Origin: Planctomycetota bacterium
GTDB taxonomy: Bacteria > Planctomycetota > B15-G4
DNA length: 64,000 nucleotides
NCBI GenBank assembly: GCA_029259725.1
Contig: JAJDER010000012.1
Coordinates: 21,559-85,558, forward strand
Direction: 5' to 3'
Part shown: positions 25,614 to 36,540 of the stretch, one piece after another
Layout of the letters: every line of letters starts with the position of its first letter
Position numbering within the stretch: position 1 is the first letter of the stretch
Program-made: the position numbers and the translations under genes
The notes under the pieces: generated by a model
What the model was told of the DNA's origin: nothing
What the model saw: the letters and a program-made list of their open reading frames with translations, nothing else
Databases searched by the model: none

Positions 25614-27631
25614 TGCACGTCACCACCTTCGCCGACCTCGTGCTGCTGCTGGCGGTGGCGGTGCCCGCGTCGCTGCTGATGAAGCGGCTGAGGCTGCCGG
25701 CCATCGCCGGCTACCTGCTGGTGGGACTGTTCGTCGGGCCCCATGCGCTCGGCTGGGTCGAGCAGGTCGAGACGGTCGAGTCGCTGGCCGAGATCGGCGT
25801 GGTGCTGCTGCTGTTCACGGTCGGACTGGAGTTCTCGCTGCCCCGCCTGCTGCTGCAGGGGCCCCGGCTGCTGGTGGCCGGCGGCGGGCAGATGCTCGTC
25901 ACCATCGCCGCGGTGACCGGCCTGGCCCTGGTCATGGACGTGCCCTGGCGCACCGCCGTGCTGCTGGGCTTCCTGGGCGCCATGTCCAGCACCGCGTTCG
26001 TGCTCAAGGCCCTGTCCGACGCGCGGCAGCTCGACGCCCCGCACGGCCGCCTGTCCGTCGGCATCCTGCTGTTCCAGGACCTGTGCGTCATCCTGCTGAT
26101 GGTCTCGGTGTCGCTGCTGGGCGGCGAGGCCGGAGGGGTGGGGCGCACCCTCTTCGTCCTGGGCGAGACCGTGCTGGGCATCGGCGCCGTGGTCGTCATG
26201 GCGCGCTACGGCTTCCCGCGGCTGGCAGCCCTGGTCGTGAAAGCCGGTGGCCGCGAGCTGTTCGTGCTCTTCGTCGCGCTGACGGTGCTGGGCTCCGCGT
26301 GGCTGGCCCAGGTCTTCGGTCTGTCGGTGGCGCTGGGTGCGTTCATCGCGGGGCTGTTCATCTCGGAGTCCGAGTACAGCCACGAGGTCGTGTCGGAGAT
26401 CGTCCCGTTCCGGGACGTGTTCAACGCCATGTTCTTCATCTCGATCGGCATGCTGGTGGACCCCGGGCTCGTGGTGGAGCACGGGGCCCTGGTGCCGGCC
26501 CTGGCGCTGGGCCTGGTGCTGCTGAAGGCAGGCCTGGTCGCGCCGCTGCTCATGCTGCTCACGCGGCAGGTGCGCCTGTCGCTGCTCACCGCCATCTCCA
26601 TCGCGCAGGTGGGCGAGTTCTCGCTGATCCTCGCGAGCCTGGGCCGTGCCCAGGGCCTGTTGGAGAGCGAGGCGATGGGCCTGGTGCTGGCGGTGGCCTC
26701 GTTGACGATGCTGGCCTCCCCGTTCCTGATGAACGCGGCCCCGTGGCTGGCTGACCGATTGCCGAAGCGAGTCGGCCGCGCCGAGGAACCGGACGCGGTC
26801 GCGGCGGCCACCGCCGGTCCCGACGTGGTCCTCGTCGGCCACGGGCAGGTGGGCCAGCACGTGGCACGGGTCCTGAAGGCCGCCGGCATCACCTTTTGTG
26901 GGGTGGACCTCGACATCGACCAGGCGGCCCGGGCAAGGCTCGACGGGCTGCCGATGATCTTCGGCGACGCCACGCGGCCGGAGGTGCTCACACGCGCCGG
27001 CCTGAAACGGGCCCGGGTGCTCGTCCTGACGATGCCCGACCCCGAAGGCGCGCGCCGCGCCGTGCGGGCGGCGAGGCGCCTCTCCGAGGATGTGCACATC
27101 ATCGTGCGGACCCGTTTCGCCGCCGAGCGCACCGAGTTGCGCCGACTCGGCGCCGACCGGGTCATCCCCGAACAATTCGAGACCTCCATCGAGATCTTCA
27201 GCTCGACCCTGCGGCAACTCGGCCTGGCCTCGGCCAACGTGGCGCTGCAGGCCGAGATGATCCGTCACGAGGGGTACGAGATGCTGCGCGAGGGAGCCGG
27301 CGGCGAGGGCGCTCTCGCGGGTCTCTCGGGCGTGGCGGCGCTGCGGGCACTGCTCGCCCGGACCACGCTCGACACGGTGATCATCGACGCCGGGTCGCCG
27401 GTCGTGGGGCTGACCCTGTCCGAGCTGGGCCTGCGCGAACGCGTGGGAGCCAACGTGGTGGTCGCGGTGCGGGACGACGAGCCCATCACCGAGCTGGGCG
27501 GGAGCTTCCGGCTCCAACCGGCCGACGTGCTGGTCCTACTCGGCGGCCATGAGCAGGTCCTCATGGCGCGGCGGGTGTTCAAGGGCCTCCCTCCGGCCGA
27601 GACCGTGGACGGCGTGTCCGCCGACCTCTGA
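25613..27631 (+). CDS. CPA2-family (Kef-type) cation/proton antiporter with TrkA-N and TrkA-C domains
   Basis: Starts at ATG 25613 (MHVTTFADLVLLLAV...). About 12 hydrophobic segments, a Rossmann motif VVLVGHGQVGQHVA and a C-terminal RCK-C-like domain. The antisense ORF 25367-27517 is an artefact. Confidence 0.9.
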   Translation: MHVTTFADLVLLLAVAVPASLLMKRLRLPAIAGYLLVGLFVGPHALGWVEQVETVESLAEIGVVLLLFTVGLEFSLPRLLLQGPRLLVAGGGQMLVTIAAVTGLALVMDVPWRTAVLLGFLGAMSSTAFVLKALSDARQLDAPHGRLSVGILLFQDLCVILLMVSVSLLGGEAGGVGRTLFVLGETVLGIGAVVVMARYGFPRLAALVVKAGGRELFVLFVALTVLGSAWLAQVFGLSVALGAFIAGLFISESEYSHEVVSEIVPFRDVFNAMFFISIGMLVDPGLVVEHGALVPALALGLVLLKAGLVAPLLMLLTRQVRLSLLTAISIAQVGEFSLILASLGRAQGLLESEAMGLVLAVASLTMLASPFLMNAAPWLADRLPKRVGRAEEPDAVAAATAGPDVVLVGHGQVGQHVARVLKAAGITFCGVDLDIDQAARARLDGLPMIFGDATRPEVLTRAGLKRARVLVLTMPDPEGARRAVRAARRLSEDVHIIVRTRFAAERTELRRLGADRVIPEQFETSIEIFSSTLRQLGLASANVALQAEMIRHEGYEMLREGAGGEGALAGLSGVAALRALLARTTLDTVIIDAGSPVVGLTLSELGLRERVGANVVVAVRDDEPITELGGSFRLQPADVLVLLGGHEQVLMARRVFKGLPPAETVDGVSADL

Positions 27632-27732
27632 TCGGCGCGCGACAGCGTACTCGCGAACCACGGGTCCCTGGGCGTCTCGCTCGGCGTCGGACTGGGCCCG
27701 AGACCGCGACGGAGGGCTGAGCGCCAGAGGCG

Positions 27733-29004
27733 CTACGGCCCCGGGATCGACGCGCTCACGATCAGGATCGAAGACGGCGCACCGAGTCGGATCCCGCCGT
27801 CGGTCTCGGCGACGACCGCTTGGGCGAAACCCGTCGCCGCGTCGGTGCCGGCCGGCACGCGCGGGCTCTGGAAGGCGGCGACCAGGGTGCCGTCGGCTCC
27901 CGCGGTGCCCAGGATCGCCTGGACCGGTGCCGCGCCGAGGTGTTGCACGCCCTTGAGGGCCGGCACGAACGCCCAGTCCGGCGTCGACGCGATGCTCAGC
28001 AGGACGAGATCGCCCGGCTCACCCGAGTAGCTCACGTGTGCCCGCGTGAGCTCCCGGACGACGGCGGGGGTCTTGATCGCCCGGTGGTCGTCGTCGAGGT
28101 CCTCGACGATGCTGGGCGTTCCGGTCGCCTCGATCGGCGGGCCGGGGGTCGCCTGCCCACCGCCGGACGCGAAGGTCGTGGCCAGGTGCTGGACGTCCGC
28201 GCCGTCGCGCACGACGAGGCCCGACGCCGTGGGGTCGGACGTCGGCAGCAAGAACACGTCCCCCGTGTCACCGCCGATCAGCGACGACCCGCTCGTGAAC
28301 AGCTCTGACGAGGTGCAGTCGATGCCGATCCCACCCTGCGCGGCAGGGTGCAGGACCTCGTCGCCGCCCCGACCGCCCGTGAACGTGCAGCCGTGGAGCG
28401 CGACCCGGCTGTTCGTCAGCAGGCCCCCGTCGCCCCCGAGGTACGTGGACCCGCCGACGCTGTGGGCGCCGAAGCCTCCCACGACCTCGGTGTCCACGAC
28501 CACGACGCAGGCGCTGTCGTCCACGTCGAGACCGCGCCAGCCCGTTTCGGAACCACCCCACTTGGGAATGCCATTCGCGCCGGCCACCACCAGGTCCTCG
28601 AGCCACACGCAGCCGTCGTTGTCGTCCAGCTCCAGGCCGACGAACTGGGTCGGCAGGAAGAAGGTGGGCGCGGACCGGCCCTCGATGTCGAGGAAACGCA
28701 GGGTCACGACCTCTCCGGGCGCGAGGTTGCGGATGCGCAGGTCTTCCAGCTCGGGCCGGACGTCGCCGTCGCCGACGAGGGTCAGGGGCTTGCCGTCGAG
28801 GGTCGCGAAGTCGTAGCGCTCGGTGTGCGGGCGCACGAGGATCACGTCGCCGGCGGCGGCCGCCGAGATCGCGGCCTGGAGCTGGAGGTGGTCCCCGCTG
28901 CCGTCGCCGGCCACGACGAGGACGCTCTGGCTCCACGTCGACGTCGTGGCGAGGAGCAGGGCCAGCAGGCCGCCGAACCCGCCAATCCAAGGGGCATGCT
29001 TCAT
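27733..29004 (-). CDS. Secreted hypothetical protein (beta-helix-like N-terminal half)
   Basis: Starts at ATG 29004 (MKHAPWIGGFGGLLALLLATTSTWSQ). Gly/Asp-rich repeats. No clear family. Confidence 0.65.
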   Translation of the reverse strand: MKHAPWIGGFGGLLALLLATTSTWSQSVLVVAGDGSGDHLQLQAAISAAAAGDVILVRPHTERYDFATLDGKPLTLVGDGDVRPELEDLRIRNLAPGEVVTLRFLDIEGRSAPTFFLPTQFVGLELDDNDGCVWLEDLVVAGANGIPKWGGSETGWRGLDVDDSACVVVVDTEVVGGFGAHSVGGSTYLGGDGGLLTNSRVALHGCTFTGGRGGDEVLHPAAQGGIGIDCTSSELFTSGSSLIGGDTGDVFLLPTSDPTASGLVVRDGADVQHLATTFASGGGQATPGPPIEATGTPSIVEDLDDDHRAIKTPAVVRELTRAHVSYSGEPGDLVLLSIASTPDWAFVPALKGVQHLGAAPVQAILGTAGADGTLVAAFQSPRVPAGTDAATGFAQAVVAETDGGIRLGAPSSILIVSASIPGP

Positions 29005-29141
29005 GCGGTGGCTCCGGTCCGGGCGCGTGGCGATCAACGACCGCACACTATCACGCTTGTTCAGACCCGTCAGCGCGGCGCGATGGGCCGTCGCCGCGCC
29101 CCCAGCGGTGGTGCGTGTTTCGCCGACCCGGGAGGCCCGGC

Positions 29142-29708
29142 TCACTCCTGGTGGAAGTGCAGCTCGTTGCCATCGGGATCCGCCACGACCATCTCGCGCG
29201 TGCCCCAGGACTGGTCGGTGGGGAGCAGGTGGAAGGTCACCCCGCGCCCGGCCAGTTCCCGGTGCAGCGCGTCCACGTCCGGCACGCGCAGGTAGACGTG
29301 TCCGGGCGGCGTGCCGTCGCCGGGGAACGAAGTCAGGTGCACGTAGGCGGCGTCGCGACGCAGCACGCGATAGGTCGGGTCTTCCCGCGCGGGGTCGGGC
29401 CTGTAGACGTGGCACGACCGGAAGCCGAGCAGGTCGCCGTAGAAGGCCACGGCCGCCGCGTCGCTGGTCACGCTCAACACCGGGATGGCCGGCGCCAGGC
29501 CGTTGACCGCGACGGGCGGGTACTTGTCCAGGTGTTCGGCCGGTCGCACCGGGCGACGCACGAGCTCGCCCTCGCAGTTCGGACAGCGTTGCTCGAGCTG
29601 CTCCCCGCAGACCTCGCAGAAGGTGCACTCGAACGAGCAGATGCGCGCCGGGGCTTCCGGCGGCAGCGGCGCGTCGCAGCGCTCGCAGTGGGGGTGGAGT
29701 GCCAGCAT
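29142..29708 (-). CDS. DUF1272-like zinc-ribbon fused to a glyoxalase/VOC domain
   Basis: ATG 29708. MLALHPHCERCDAPLPPEAPARICSFECTFCEVCGE..CPNCEGELVRRP (DUF1272-type Cys pattern) is followed by a VOC-like part (AVAFYGDLLGF...VADPDGNELHF). Confidence 0.75.
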   Translation of the reverse strand: MLALHPHCERCDAPLPPEAPARICSFECTFCEVCGEQLEQRCPNCEGELVRRPVRPAEHLDKYPPVAVNGLAPAIPVLSVTSDAAAVAFYGDLLGFRSCHVYRPDPAREDPTYRVLRRDAAYVHLTSFPGDGTPPGHVYLRVPDVDALHRELAGRGVTFHLLPTDQSWGTREMVVADPDGNELHFHQE

Positions 29709-29803
29709 GGTGCCCAGGTTCGGTCGCGCCGGTCGGACCCGCAAGAGGCGAGGGGATGGCAACGAACCGGAGGCGGGCCCGCGCTCGCTCAGGGGCCCGC
29801 GCG

Positions 29804-30847
29804 TCAGAAGTGGTCGATGACCGTGATGCCACCGCCCTCGGCGCCGTCCGCCATGCCCGCCAACGCCGCCGCGCCTTCGGCCAGCGAGAGGGTGCGGCCG
29901 ACGAGCCGGCGTGGATCCAGGCGGCCGTCCTCGATCAGGGCCAGCAGCGCCCCGAACCGGTGGGCCTGCATGCCGAGGCTGCCCCGGAGTTCGAGCTCAC
30001 GGTGGATGACCTCCGACATCGGCACCGCCGGCGTGGCGTGCTCGCCGGTCATGAGCCCGACCTGCACGTGGCGCCCCCGCTTGGCCAGCGAGTGGACCGA
30101 GTCGGTGAAGGTCTTCGTGTGGCCGAGGGCATCCATCGAGAGCTGGGCACCTCCGCTCGTCAGGTCACGCACGGCGCTGGCCACGTCGGGTTCCTCGCGG
30201 GCGTCGATGACGCACTCGGCGCCGAGGTCCGTCGCCAGCTCCAGGGCGTCGGTGCGGATGTCCACGCCGATCACGCGAGCACCGAGCGCGCGGGCGATCA
30301 TCACGGCCGCCAGACCCAGACCGCCGCAGCCGTGCACGGCCACCCACTCGCCGGCGGCGACGCGTCCCTGATCGACCAGCGCACGGAACGCGGTGGTGAC
30401 CCGGCAGCCCAGCCCTGCGGCGCTGACGAAGTCGAGGCCGTCCGGCAGAGCCACCAGGTTCACGTCGGCGTGGTCGATCCAAACCAGTTCGGCGAAGGAG
30501 CCCCAGTGCGTGAAGCCGGGCTGCATCTGCCGGTCGCAGAGGTGCTGATGCTCGGCTCGGCACGAAGGACAGGTGCCGCAGGCCACGACGAACGGCACCG
30601 TGACCCGGGCCCCGGGCTGCCAGTTGCGGACCTGCGGGCCCACGGCGACGACCTCGCCCGCCAGTTCGTGGCCGGGCACGTGGGGCAGCGTGATGTCGGG
30701 GTCGCGACCGCACCAGCCGTGGAAGTCGCTGCGACAGATGCCGGTGGCCGCCACGCGGATCACGACGCCGGCTTCGCCGGGCTCAGGGTCCGGCACGTCG
30801 CCGACGAGGATCGGTCCGCCGAACGTCTCGTACACGGCGGCTCTCAC
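29804..30847 (-). CDS. Zinc-dependent alcohol dehydrogenase family oxidoreductase
   Basis: GICRSDFH, GHELAGEVV, CGTCPSCRAEHQHLC and the Rossmann motif VHGCGGLGLAAV. GTG 30847 is preferred because it avoids overlap with the upstream MFS gene. An ATG at 30958 is possible. Confidence 0.85.
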   Translation of the reverse strand: MRAAVYETFGGPILVGDVPDPEPGEAGVVIRVAATGICRSDFHGWCGRDPDITLPHVPGHELAGEVVAVGPQVRNWQPGARVTVPFVVACGTCPSCRAEHQHLCDRQMQPGFTHWGSFAELVWIDHADVNLVALPDGLDFVSAAGLGCRVTTAFRALVDQGRVAAGEWVAVHGCGGLGLAAVMIARALGARVIGVDIRTDALELATDLGAECVIDAREEPDVASAVRDLTSGGAQLSMDALGHTKTFTDSVHSLAKRGRHVQVGLMTGEHATPAVPMSEVIHRELELRGSLGMQAHRFGALLALIEDGRLDPRRLVGRTLSLAEGAAALAGMADGAEGGGITVIDHF

Positions 30848-30884
30848 GTCGCCCTCGGACTCGTGTGCAAGGCTCGCCGATCGG

Positions 30885-32318
30885 TCACGGTTCGGATGAT
30901 ACCGGTGCGCGCGGCCGACCGGTTCCGTCGTGCGAACCGGGTCGGGTGAGGCTCGCATCAGGTCCGTCCGTGGGCGGGTCGGGCTCATCGATCGGCCGCC
31001 TCGCCAGGCCGGAGCCGGGGCGGAAGCCCACGATGCGGAAGCGCGGGCGCGAGGCGGGGGCCTGGACCCCGGGTGCGCGTCGGGGCAGCAGCCGGATCAG
31101 CAGCACCACCACCACGACGCGCAGGGCGCTGCTCAGCGCGAAGATGTGGCGGGCATCGACGGCCGCCGAGAGCAGTGCGCTGCCCGCCAGGCTGCCCAGC
31201 AGTTGCGCCGAGCCGGTCACCACGCTCTGGGCCGCGAAGATCGTCGGGCGCATGCGGCGGTAGCCGAGTTCGAGCAGCAGCGAGAAGCTGCTGACCTCGA
31301 ACCCCGACCAGGCGAAGCCGGACAGCGCCTGGCACAGCAGCACGCCCCAGAGGTCGTTCACGAAGACCCAGGGCAGGGGCACGAGCGCGAGCATCAGGCC
31401 GCCCCGGGCCAGGGCTCCCTGGGAGCCGTGCCGGTCGATCCACCGTCCCCACAGGGGCAGCACCAGCACCTTGGCCACCACCAGGCAGGCCGACGCGGCC
31501 ATGTACTCGAGGTAGGTGAAGGCGAGCTCCTCGAGCATGAACGGATTGAAGAAGGGCGAGGCGAGGTAGACGGTGACCTGGAGCAACCCGATCAACAGGA
31601 CCAGCCGCCACGCTCCGGTCCCGCGCTCGGTCCGCAGGAACCGGACGACGCGGGTGCGATCCGGCATGCCCGAGAAGCGCCCCTCGCGCGAGGCGACCAG
31701 CAGCCCCAGAGACACGCATCGGGAGAGGCCCGCCAGCAGGTAGACCAGCGCGAAGCCGGTGCCGCCCACCGCGCCCGCCACCCCGGCCCGCGCCGGCTCG
31801 AAGCGGTTGAGGATCAGCCCGCCGACGACGAGTCCCAGCAGCGTGCCCGCGTAGGCGCCGCGGTTGCGCGTGGCGAAGTAGCGGCCGCGCTCGGGGGCCG
31901 GCACGAGATCGCCGAACCAGGAACTCCAGGCCGTGCCCGCGGACTGGGCGCAGATCTGGTACGCCGTCGAGATCGCGATCAGCAGGTCGGTGGTGGTGCG
32001 CCCGGTCGCGTCGAGCCCCGCGAGCAGGAACAGGATCGCCACCTGTCCCGCCGCCGCGCCGACGACGACGGGCTTGCGCCTCCCGAGGACGCGCAACAGC
32101 CGCAGGGCCAGGACCGGGCCGGCCGCGCCGACCGCCAGGGGCAGGCCGACGAGCAGGGCGATCTGTGCCGGCGTCGCCCCGAGGCGCACCGCATCGGCGA
32201 GGAAGTAGGCCTCGCCGAGTCCCACCATGACCGCGTAGACCGCGGCGTCGACTCGCGAGAGCTGCATGCTGCGGTGGCGATCCGCGTCGGTCAGCTCGGT
32301 CGGGGTCGAGGCGTTCAC
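30885..32318 (-). CDS. MFS transporter
   Basis: About 12 hydrophobic segments with an MFS-like loop (GRRKPVVVGA). The start is either GTG 32318 or ATG 32267. Confidence 0.8.
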   Translation of the reverse strand: MNASTPTELTDADRHRSMQLSRVDAAVYAVMVGLGEAYFLADAVRLGATPAQIALLVGLPLAVGAAGPVLALRLLRVLGRRKPVVVGAAAGQVAILFLLAGLDATGRTTTDLLIAISTAYQICAQSAGTAWSSWFGDLVPAPERGRYFATRNRGAYAGTLLGLVVGGLILNRFEPARAGVAGAVGGTGFALVYLLAGLSRCVSLGLLVASREGRFSGMPDRTRVVRFLRTERGTGAWRLVLLIGLLQVTVYLASPFFNPFMLEELAFTYLEYMAASACLVVAKVLVLPLWGRWIDRHGSQGALARGGLMLALVPLPWVFVNDLWGVLLCQALSGFAWSGFEVSSFSLLLELGYRRMRPTIFAAQSVVTGSAQLLGSLAGSALLSAAVDARHIFALSSALRVVVVVLLIRLLPRRAPGVQAPASRPRFRIVGFRPGSGLARRPIDEPDPPTDGPDASLTRPGSHDGTGRPRAPVSSEP

Positions 32319-32398
32319 CCAGACAGGAGAGCCTTCAGCGCGGGCGGATTCCAGGGGTCAGCCCGGCGACACGCCTGGAGCGGCGGGGCGCCGAGCTG

Positions 32399-33730
32399 TC
32401 AGCGCTCCGCGGGCGTGGCCTGCGCGTCGGCGGCGTGGGCCAAGGCCATGAACTCGTCGAGATCGCCCGCCGGCGCGCCGAGCACGGCCAACGCCTGCGC
32501 GAACCGCGCGCGACGCACCTGGTCCAGCGCCTCCTCGTAGCCCTGTGCGCGCACCGCCGCGATGGTCAGCGGCAGCGCGTGGTCGAGCTCGATGCCCGTG
32601 CCCTGGAACGGCGTGACACCCGGCTCGACCATCGGCCACGCGCTGAACATGACCTTCGACCCGTCGGGCCCCTCCGAGGTGTGCACCGCCGCCTCGGCTC
32701 CGGCGGTGGGCCCGCCGACGACGGTGGCGCGCCCCGCGTCCCGCAGGATGCGCGCGGCCCACTCGCCGCCGCTCGCGCTGCGCGCGTCGACGAGCGCGAC
32801 GACCCGGCCGCGATAGCGCGGCGTGCGCGGTCGGATCACGCGGGTCTGCCCGCCGCTGTTCCCCCAGGCGTAGCTCAGGGAGCGCTCCAGGAAGTTCCCG
32901 AGGAACGGGTCGGACGCCGCGACCTGACCGCCGCCGTTGCCCTGCAGGTCGAGGATCAGCCCGTCGGTGTCGCCGAGCTCTCTCAGGGCGGCGCGCAGCA
33001 TCGTGGTCATCTTGCCGTCGGGCCCGAGCGTGCCCTTGGAGGGGTCGAAGGTCTTCACGTGCATGTACCCGATGGAGCCGACCCGACCCGTCACCAGCCA
33101 ACGCTCGCCGAAGTGCTTGTCCGGCGGCGGGAGGTTGGACTCGTCGGGCCGGCGCAGTTCCTCCTCGGTCTCGGTGCCGTCGGGCCAGCGCAAGCGGATC
33201 GTGAAGGTCGAGCCGAGAGGCCCGGCCGCGAGGATGTCCGCCGCGCCCTGGAGCGCCTGGCCCCGGACCGCGACGATCTCGGGATAGGCGCGCGGGTCGT
33301 CGGCGCATGTCGGCGGCGCGTCGGGGGCCTCACCCTCGGGCCACGCCAGCGCGTAGGCGCGCCGCTCGATCATGCGGGTCTCCACGTCCGGGTACGACCA
33401 GCGCCCCCTGATCGTGTCCATCGCCGGGATGAACGCGACGTGTGGGTCCGGCAAGGCCGAGATCAGGCGCGCCAGCTCCCAGGCGAACTCGTCGGCGTTG
33501 GCGGCGGCGAGCGCGCGCGGCCGGTGCTCCGCACGCTCGGCTGTCCAGTCGACGCCGTAGAACTCGAAGTACGGATAGTCGTCGCGCAAGCGCTCCCAGT
33601 GCGCGTCGAAGGTATCCGCGAAGAGCTGCGCATCGGCGTCCTGGGGCGGAGACGACGCGGCCAGGGCGAAGACCACGCCGAGCACGACGGTGACCGGGGT
33701 CGCGGCGCGACGAAGGTTGGATGGTGTCAT
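32399..33730 (-). CDS. Peptidase S41 family (tail-specific/tricorn-like) secreted protease
   Basis: ATG 33730 with a signal peptide. LILDLQGNGGG and VVALVDARSASGGEWAA are typical of the S41 catalytic region. Confidence 0.8.
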   Translation of the reverse strand: MTPSNLRRAATPVTVVLGVVFALAASSPPQDADAQLFADTFDAHWERLRDDYPYFEFYGVDWTAERAEHRPRALAAANADEFAWELARLISALPDPHVAFIPAMDTIRGRWSYPDVETRMIERRAYALAWPEGEAPDAPPTCADDPRAYPEIVAVRGQALQGAADILAAGPLGSTFTIRLRWPDGTETEEELRRPDESNLPPPDKHFGERWLVTGRVGSIGYMHVKTFDPSKGTLGPDGKMTTMLRAALRELGDTDGLILDLQGNGGGQVAASDPFLGNFLERSLSYAWGNSGGQTRVIRPRTPRYRGRVVALVDARSASGGEWAARILRDAGRATVVGGPTAGAEAAVHTSEGPDGSKVMFSAWPMVEPGVTPFQGTGIELDHALPLTIAAVRAQGYEEALDQVRRARFAQALAVLGAPAGDLDEFMALAHAADAQATPAER

Positions 33731-33932
33731 GGCGGCGGGTCCCTGACGGTCCGAGTCGGCCCTCCCACCAGGTAGGGGCCGCCGAGCTCGGAGGTGTGAC
33801 GGGCCGATTCTCGCCGAGCGTTCCCCCTCCGCCCGAAGCCCCCGCCCCGCGAGCCGCCTGTTCATCCTCGGACTGCTGATCCTGACCGCGCCGGCCATGG
33901 CCCAGGACACGCCATCCGGGACCTCGACCCGA

Positions 33933-34739
33933 TCAGCTCTTCGGGTTGCCGATCCAGCGCGCGGTGTGGATGCCGCGCGCCGGGTCGCTGGCTGCTTCGT
34001 CGATGTCGAGCTTGCTGAACACCTCGTAGCCGCCGTTCGTCGTCTCGTAGTGCACGCCGAAGTCGATGAACCGCGCGCCCTCGGGGCCGCCGCGGAAGGC
34101 GTGGATGTTCGCGCGGGTGCGGCTCAGCGACGAGCTGCGCCCGCGCGTCAGCAGCGTGCGTTGGACCTCGCGCAGGTCGAAGGGCGTGTCCAGCACGCGC
34201 GGGCTCGGCGCGCCCGCTTCCGGCTCGTAGTGGCGCACGGTGGCCTCGCCCTCGACGCCCACCGACACGAACGAGAAGCCGACGTGGTTGTGGGGCGTGA
34301 TCACCGCGTTCGGGGCCAGCTCGAACTCGAGCACCAGGAAGGTGGGCGAGGCGGCGATCGGGCCGCTCGTGAAGTCATCGCTGGAGTAGGCGTCCTGCTG
34401 GCGTCCGGGGAGCCGCTCGACTCCCAGGACCGACAGCTCGGCGAGCAGCGCGTGCAGGAGGCCATCGTCGTCGGTGGAACCGGTGGCCACCGCCGCGTTG
34501 GCCCGCTGCTGCCAGGTGTCGAGGAAGGCGGCGACCTCGTCGGCGCGGACCTCGTCGTCATCCGGAACCCGGGCTCCGCTCACCGGAGCGTTCGCCGCGG
34601 AGGTCGCGGCGGAGGTCCCCGCCGTCGTCGCGGCCGCGAGCGCCATCCAGGCGGGGACGGCGAGCGCACCGCGCAGCGCCGTGCGCCTCGTGAGGCGGAC
34701 ACCGCGGGTCGATGAACCCTCGAGTTGGTCGTGGCACAT
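33933..34739 (-). CDS. Tat-signal hypothetical protein (cupin-like C-terminal half)
   Basis: RRTALRGALAVPAWMALAAA twin-arginine leader. The remainder is beta-rich with HNH...H spacing. No firm family. Confidence 0.6.
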   Translation of the reverse strand: MCHDQLEGSSTRGVRLTRRTALRGALAVPAWMALAAATTAGTSAATSAANAPVSGARVPDDDEVRADEVAAFLDTWQQRANAAVATGSTDDDGLLHALLAELSVLGVERLPGRQQDAYSSDDFTSGPIAASPTFLVLEFELAPNAVITPHNHVGFSFVSVGVEGEATVRHYEPEAGAPSPRVLDTPFDLREVQRTLLTRGRSSSLSRTRANIHAFRGGPEGARFIDFGVHYETTNGGYEVFSKLDIDEAASDPARGIHTARWIGNPKS

Positions 34740-34835
34740 GGACTCGCTCCGTTCAGGGATGGAGGCGCGCAGACGGCGGCGCCGCGTGACCCGGATGGCC
34801 CGGGCTGTCGGTCCTGGTCGACCGCGGTCCCGGTC

Positions 34836-36080
34836 TCACGGCAGGATGTCCTGGGAGCGGACACCGTGCACGCTGCGGCGACCTCGACCGGCCCGCGACT
34901 CCGGGAACCAGTGTTGCGTGCGCAGGCAGAACCGCACCAGCGCGAGCATCAACGGGACCTCGATGAGCACGCCGACCACGGTGGCCAGGGCGGCGCCCGA
35001 CGAGAGGCCGAAGAGCATCGCCGCGGTGGCGATGGCCACCTCGAAGTGGTTGCTCGCGCCGATCATGGCGGTGGGCGCGGCGTCGGCGTAGCGCAGCCGG
35101 AACAGGCGGGCCAGTCCATACCCGAGGGCGAAGATGAGCAGGGTCTGGACGATCAGGGGGACCGCGATCCAGAGGATGGTGAGCGGCGCGTCGAGGATCA
35201 CGTCGCCCTTGAAGGAGAACAGGAGCACGAGCGTCAGCAGCAACGCGCCGATGGTGATCGGCGTGAGCACGTGCAGGAAGCGCTGCTTGAACCAGGTCTC
35301 GCCCTTGCGCGCGATGATCCAGCGGCGCGACACGAATCCGGCGACGAGCGGCAGCGCCACGTAGATGCCGATGGACGACAGCAGCGCCTGCCACGGCACG
35401 GGCAGCCGGCCGACGCCGAGCAGGTACCCGCCCAGCACGCCGTACAGAACCAGCATGACCAGCGAGTTGACGGCGACCATGACCAGCGTGTGCCCGTCGC
35501 TGCCGCGAGCCAGGTGGCCCCAGACCAGCACCATCGCGGTGCAGGGCGCGACGCCGAGCAGGATGCAACCGGCGAGGTAGCTCCGCCACAGCGGGACCTC
35601 GAGCAGCTTGACACCCTCCTGTACCACCACGCGGCCGGCGCCGTACGTCGCGCCTTCGGCGAGGTCGAGTCCGAACGGCAGCCGGACCAGGTCGGTGGCG
35701 TCGGGCCCGATGAGGTGCAGGAACACCGTGCCCAGGAAGAAGCTCGAGATGGCCAGCATGGTGAACGGCTTGATGCACCAGTTCACGAGCAACGTCAGCA
35801 ACACGGGGCGCCTGCTCTTCCCCGCCGTGACGACCTCGGCGAAGTCGATCTTCACCATGATCGGGTACATCATCAGGAACAGGCAGATCGCGATGGGGAT
35901 CGACACGACGGGCGCGCCGTCGACATCGAGCGTCATCCCGTCCAGCGCACGGGCGAACCCCGGGGCGACGCGACCGAGCGTGATGCCGGCGCCCATGCAG
36001 AGCACGACCCAGAGCGTGAGCAGGCGCTCGAACCCGTGCATCCGGGGAGGCGCCGCGTCCGAGGCCACGGGCCCGTTCAT
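34836..36080 (-). CDS. acr3: ACR3-family arsenite efflux transporter
   Basis: [20 protein letters not shown]...[20 protein letters not shown]...[10 protein letters not shown] matches ACR3-family hallmarks. Alternative starts are at 36089 (GTG) and 36041 (ATG). Confidence 0.85.
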   Translation of the reverse strand: MNGPVASDAAPPRMHGFERLLTLWVVLCMGAGITLGRVAPGFARALDGMTLDVDGAPVVSIPIAICLFLMMYPIMVKIDFAEVVTAGKSRRPVLLTLLVNWCIKPFTMLAISSFFLGTVFLHLIGPDATDLVRLPFGLDLAEGATYGAGRVVVQEGVKLLEVPLWRSYLAGCILLGVAPCTAMVLVWGHLARGSDGHTLVMVAVNSLVMLVLYGVLGGYLLGVGRLPVPWQALLSSIGIYVALPLVAGFVSRRWIIARKGETWFKQRFLHVLTPITIGALLLTLVLLFSFKGDVILDAPLTILWIAVPLIVQTLLIFALGYGLARLFRLRYADAAPTAMIGASNHFEVAIATAAMLFGLSSGAALATVVGVLIEVPLMLALVRFCLRTQHWFPESRAGRGRRSVHGVRSQDILP

Positions 36081-36093
36081 GCGTCGCACGCGC

Positions 36094-36540
36094 CTACGAA
36101 CTCGCCGTCGGCAGGATCAGCTTGTCGCCGAACCGCCGCTCGAAGAACTCCACCCGCTGCCGGCCGTTCGCGGTCTGCGTCGCGGCCCACTCGGTGTGCT
36201 GGAACGCGGTCGGCGAGCTCTCGCGGATCGGGTCGAGGAACGGGCGCACCTTGGTGTAGAGCAGGATGCCCTCGCCGCTGTTCTCGACCAGCAGCTCGGG
36301 CTCGATGATGCCGCGTTGCCCGAAGCCGAAGACCATCTCCCAGTAGCTGACGACCTGACGCCAGGCGGCGTTGTCGGCGTGGCCGAAGTCGAGGATGGCG
36401 ACGATGTCGTCGAAGCTCCGCGGCCAGAAGCCGAAGCTGATCGCGTCGCGGGACCTGCGCATCACCTCTTCGCGGCGCATCTCGTAGAGACGCAGGATGA
36501 GTTCGGCGTCCTGGAAGCCTGGGGTGTGGTCGGTGGCCAT
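36094..36540 (-). CDS. Hypothetical protein
   Basis: 148 aa from ATG 36540 ([28 protein letters not shown]...). Coding-like composition. No recognised domain. Confidence 0.55.
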   Translation of the reverse strand: MATDHTPGFQDAELILRLYEMRREEVMRRSRDAISFGFWPRSFDDIVAILDFGHADNAAWRQVVSYWEMVFGFGQRGIIEPELLVENSGEGILLYTKVRPFLDPIRESSPTAFQHTEWAATQTANGRQRVEFFERRFGDKLILPTASS

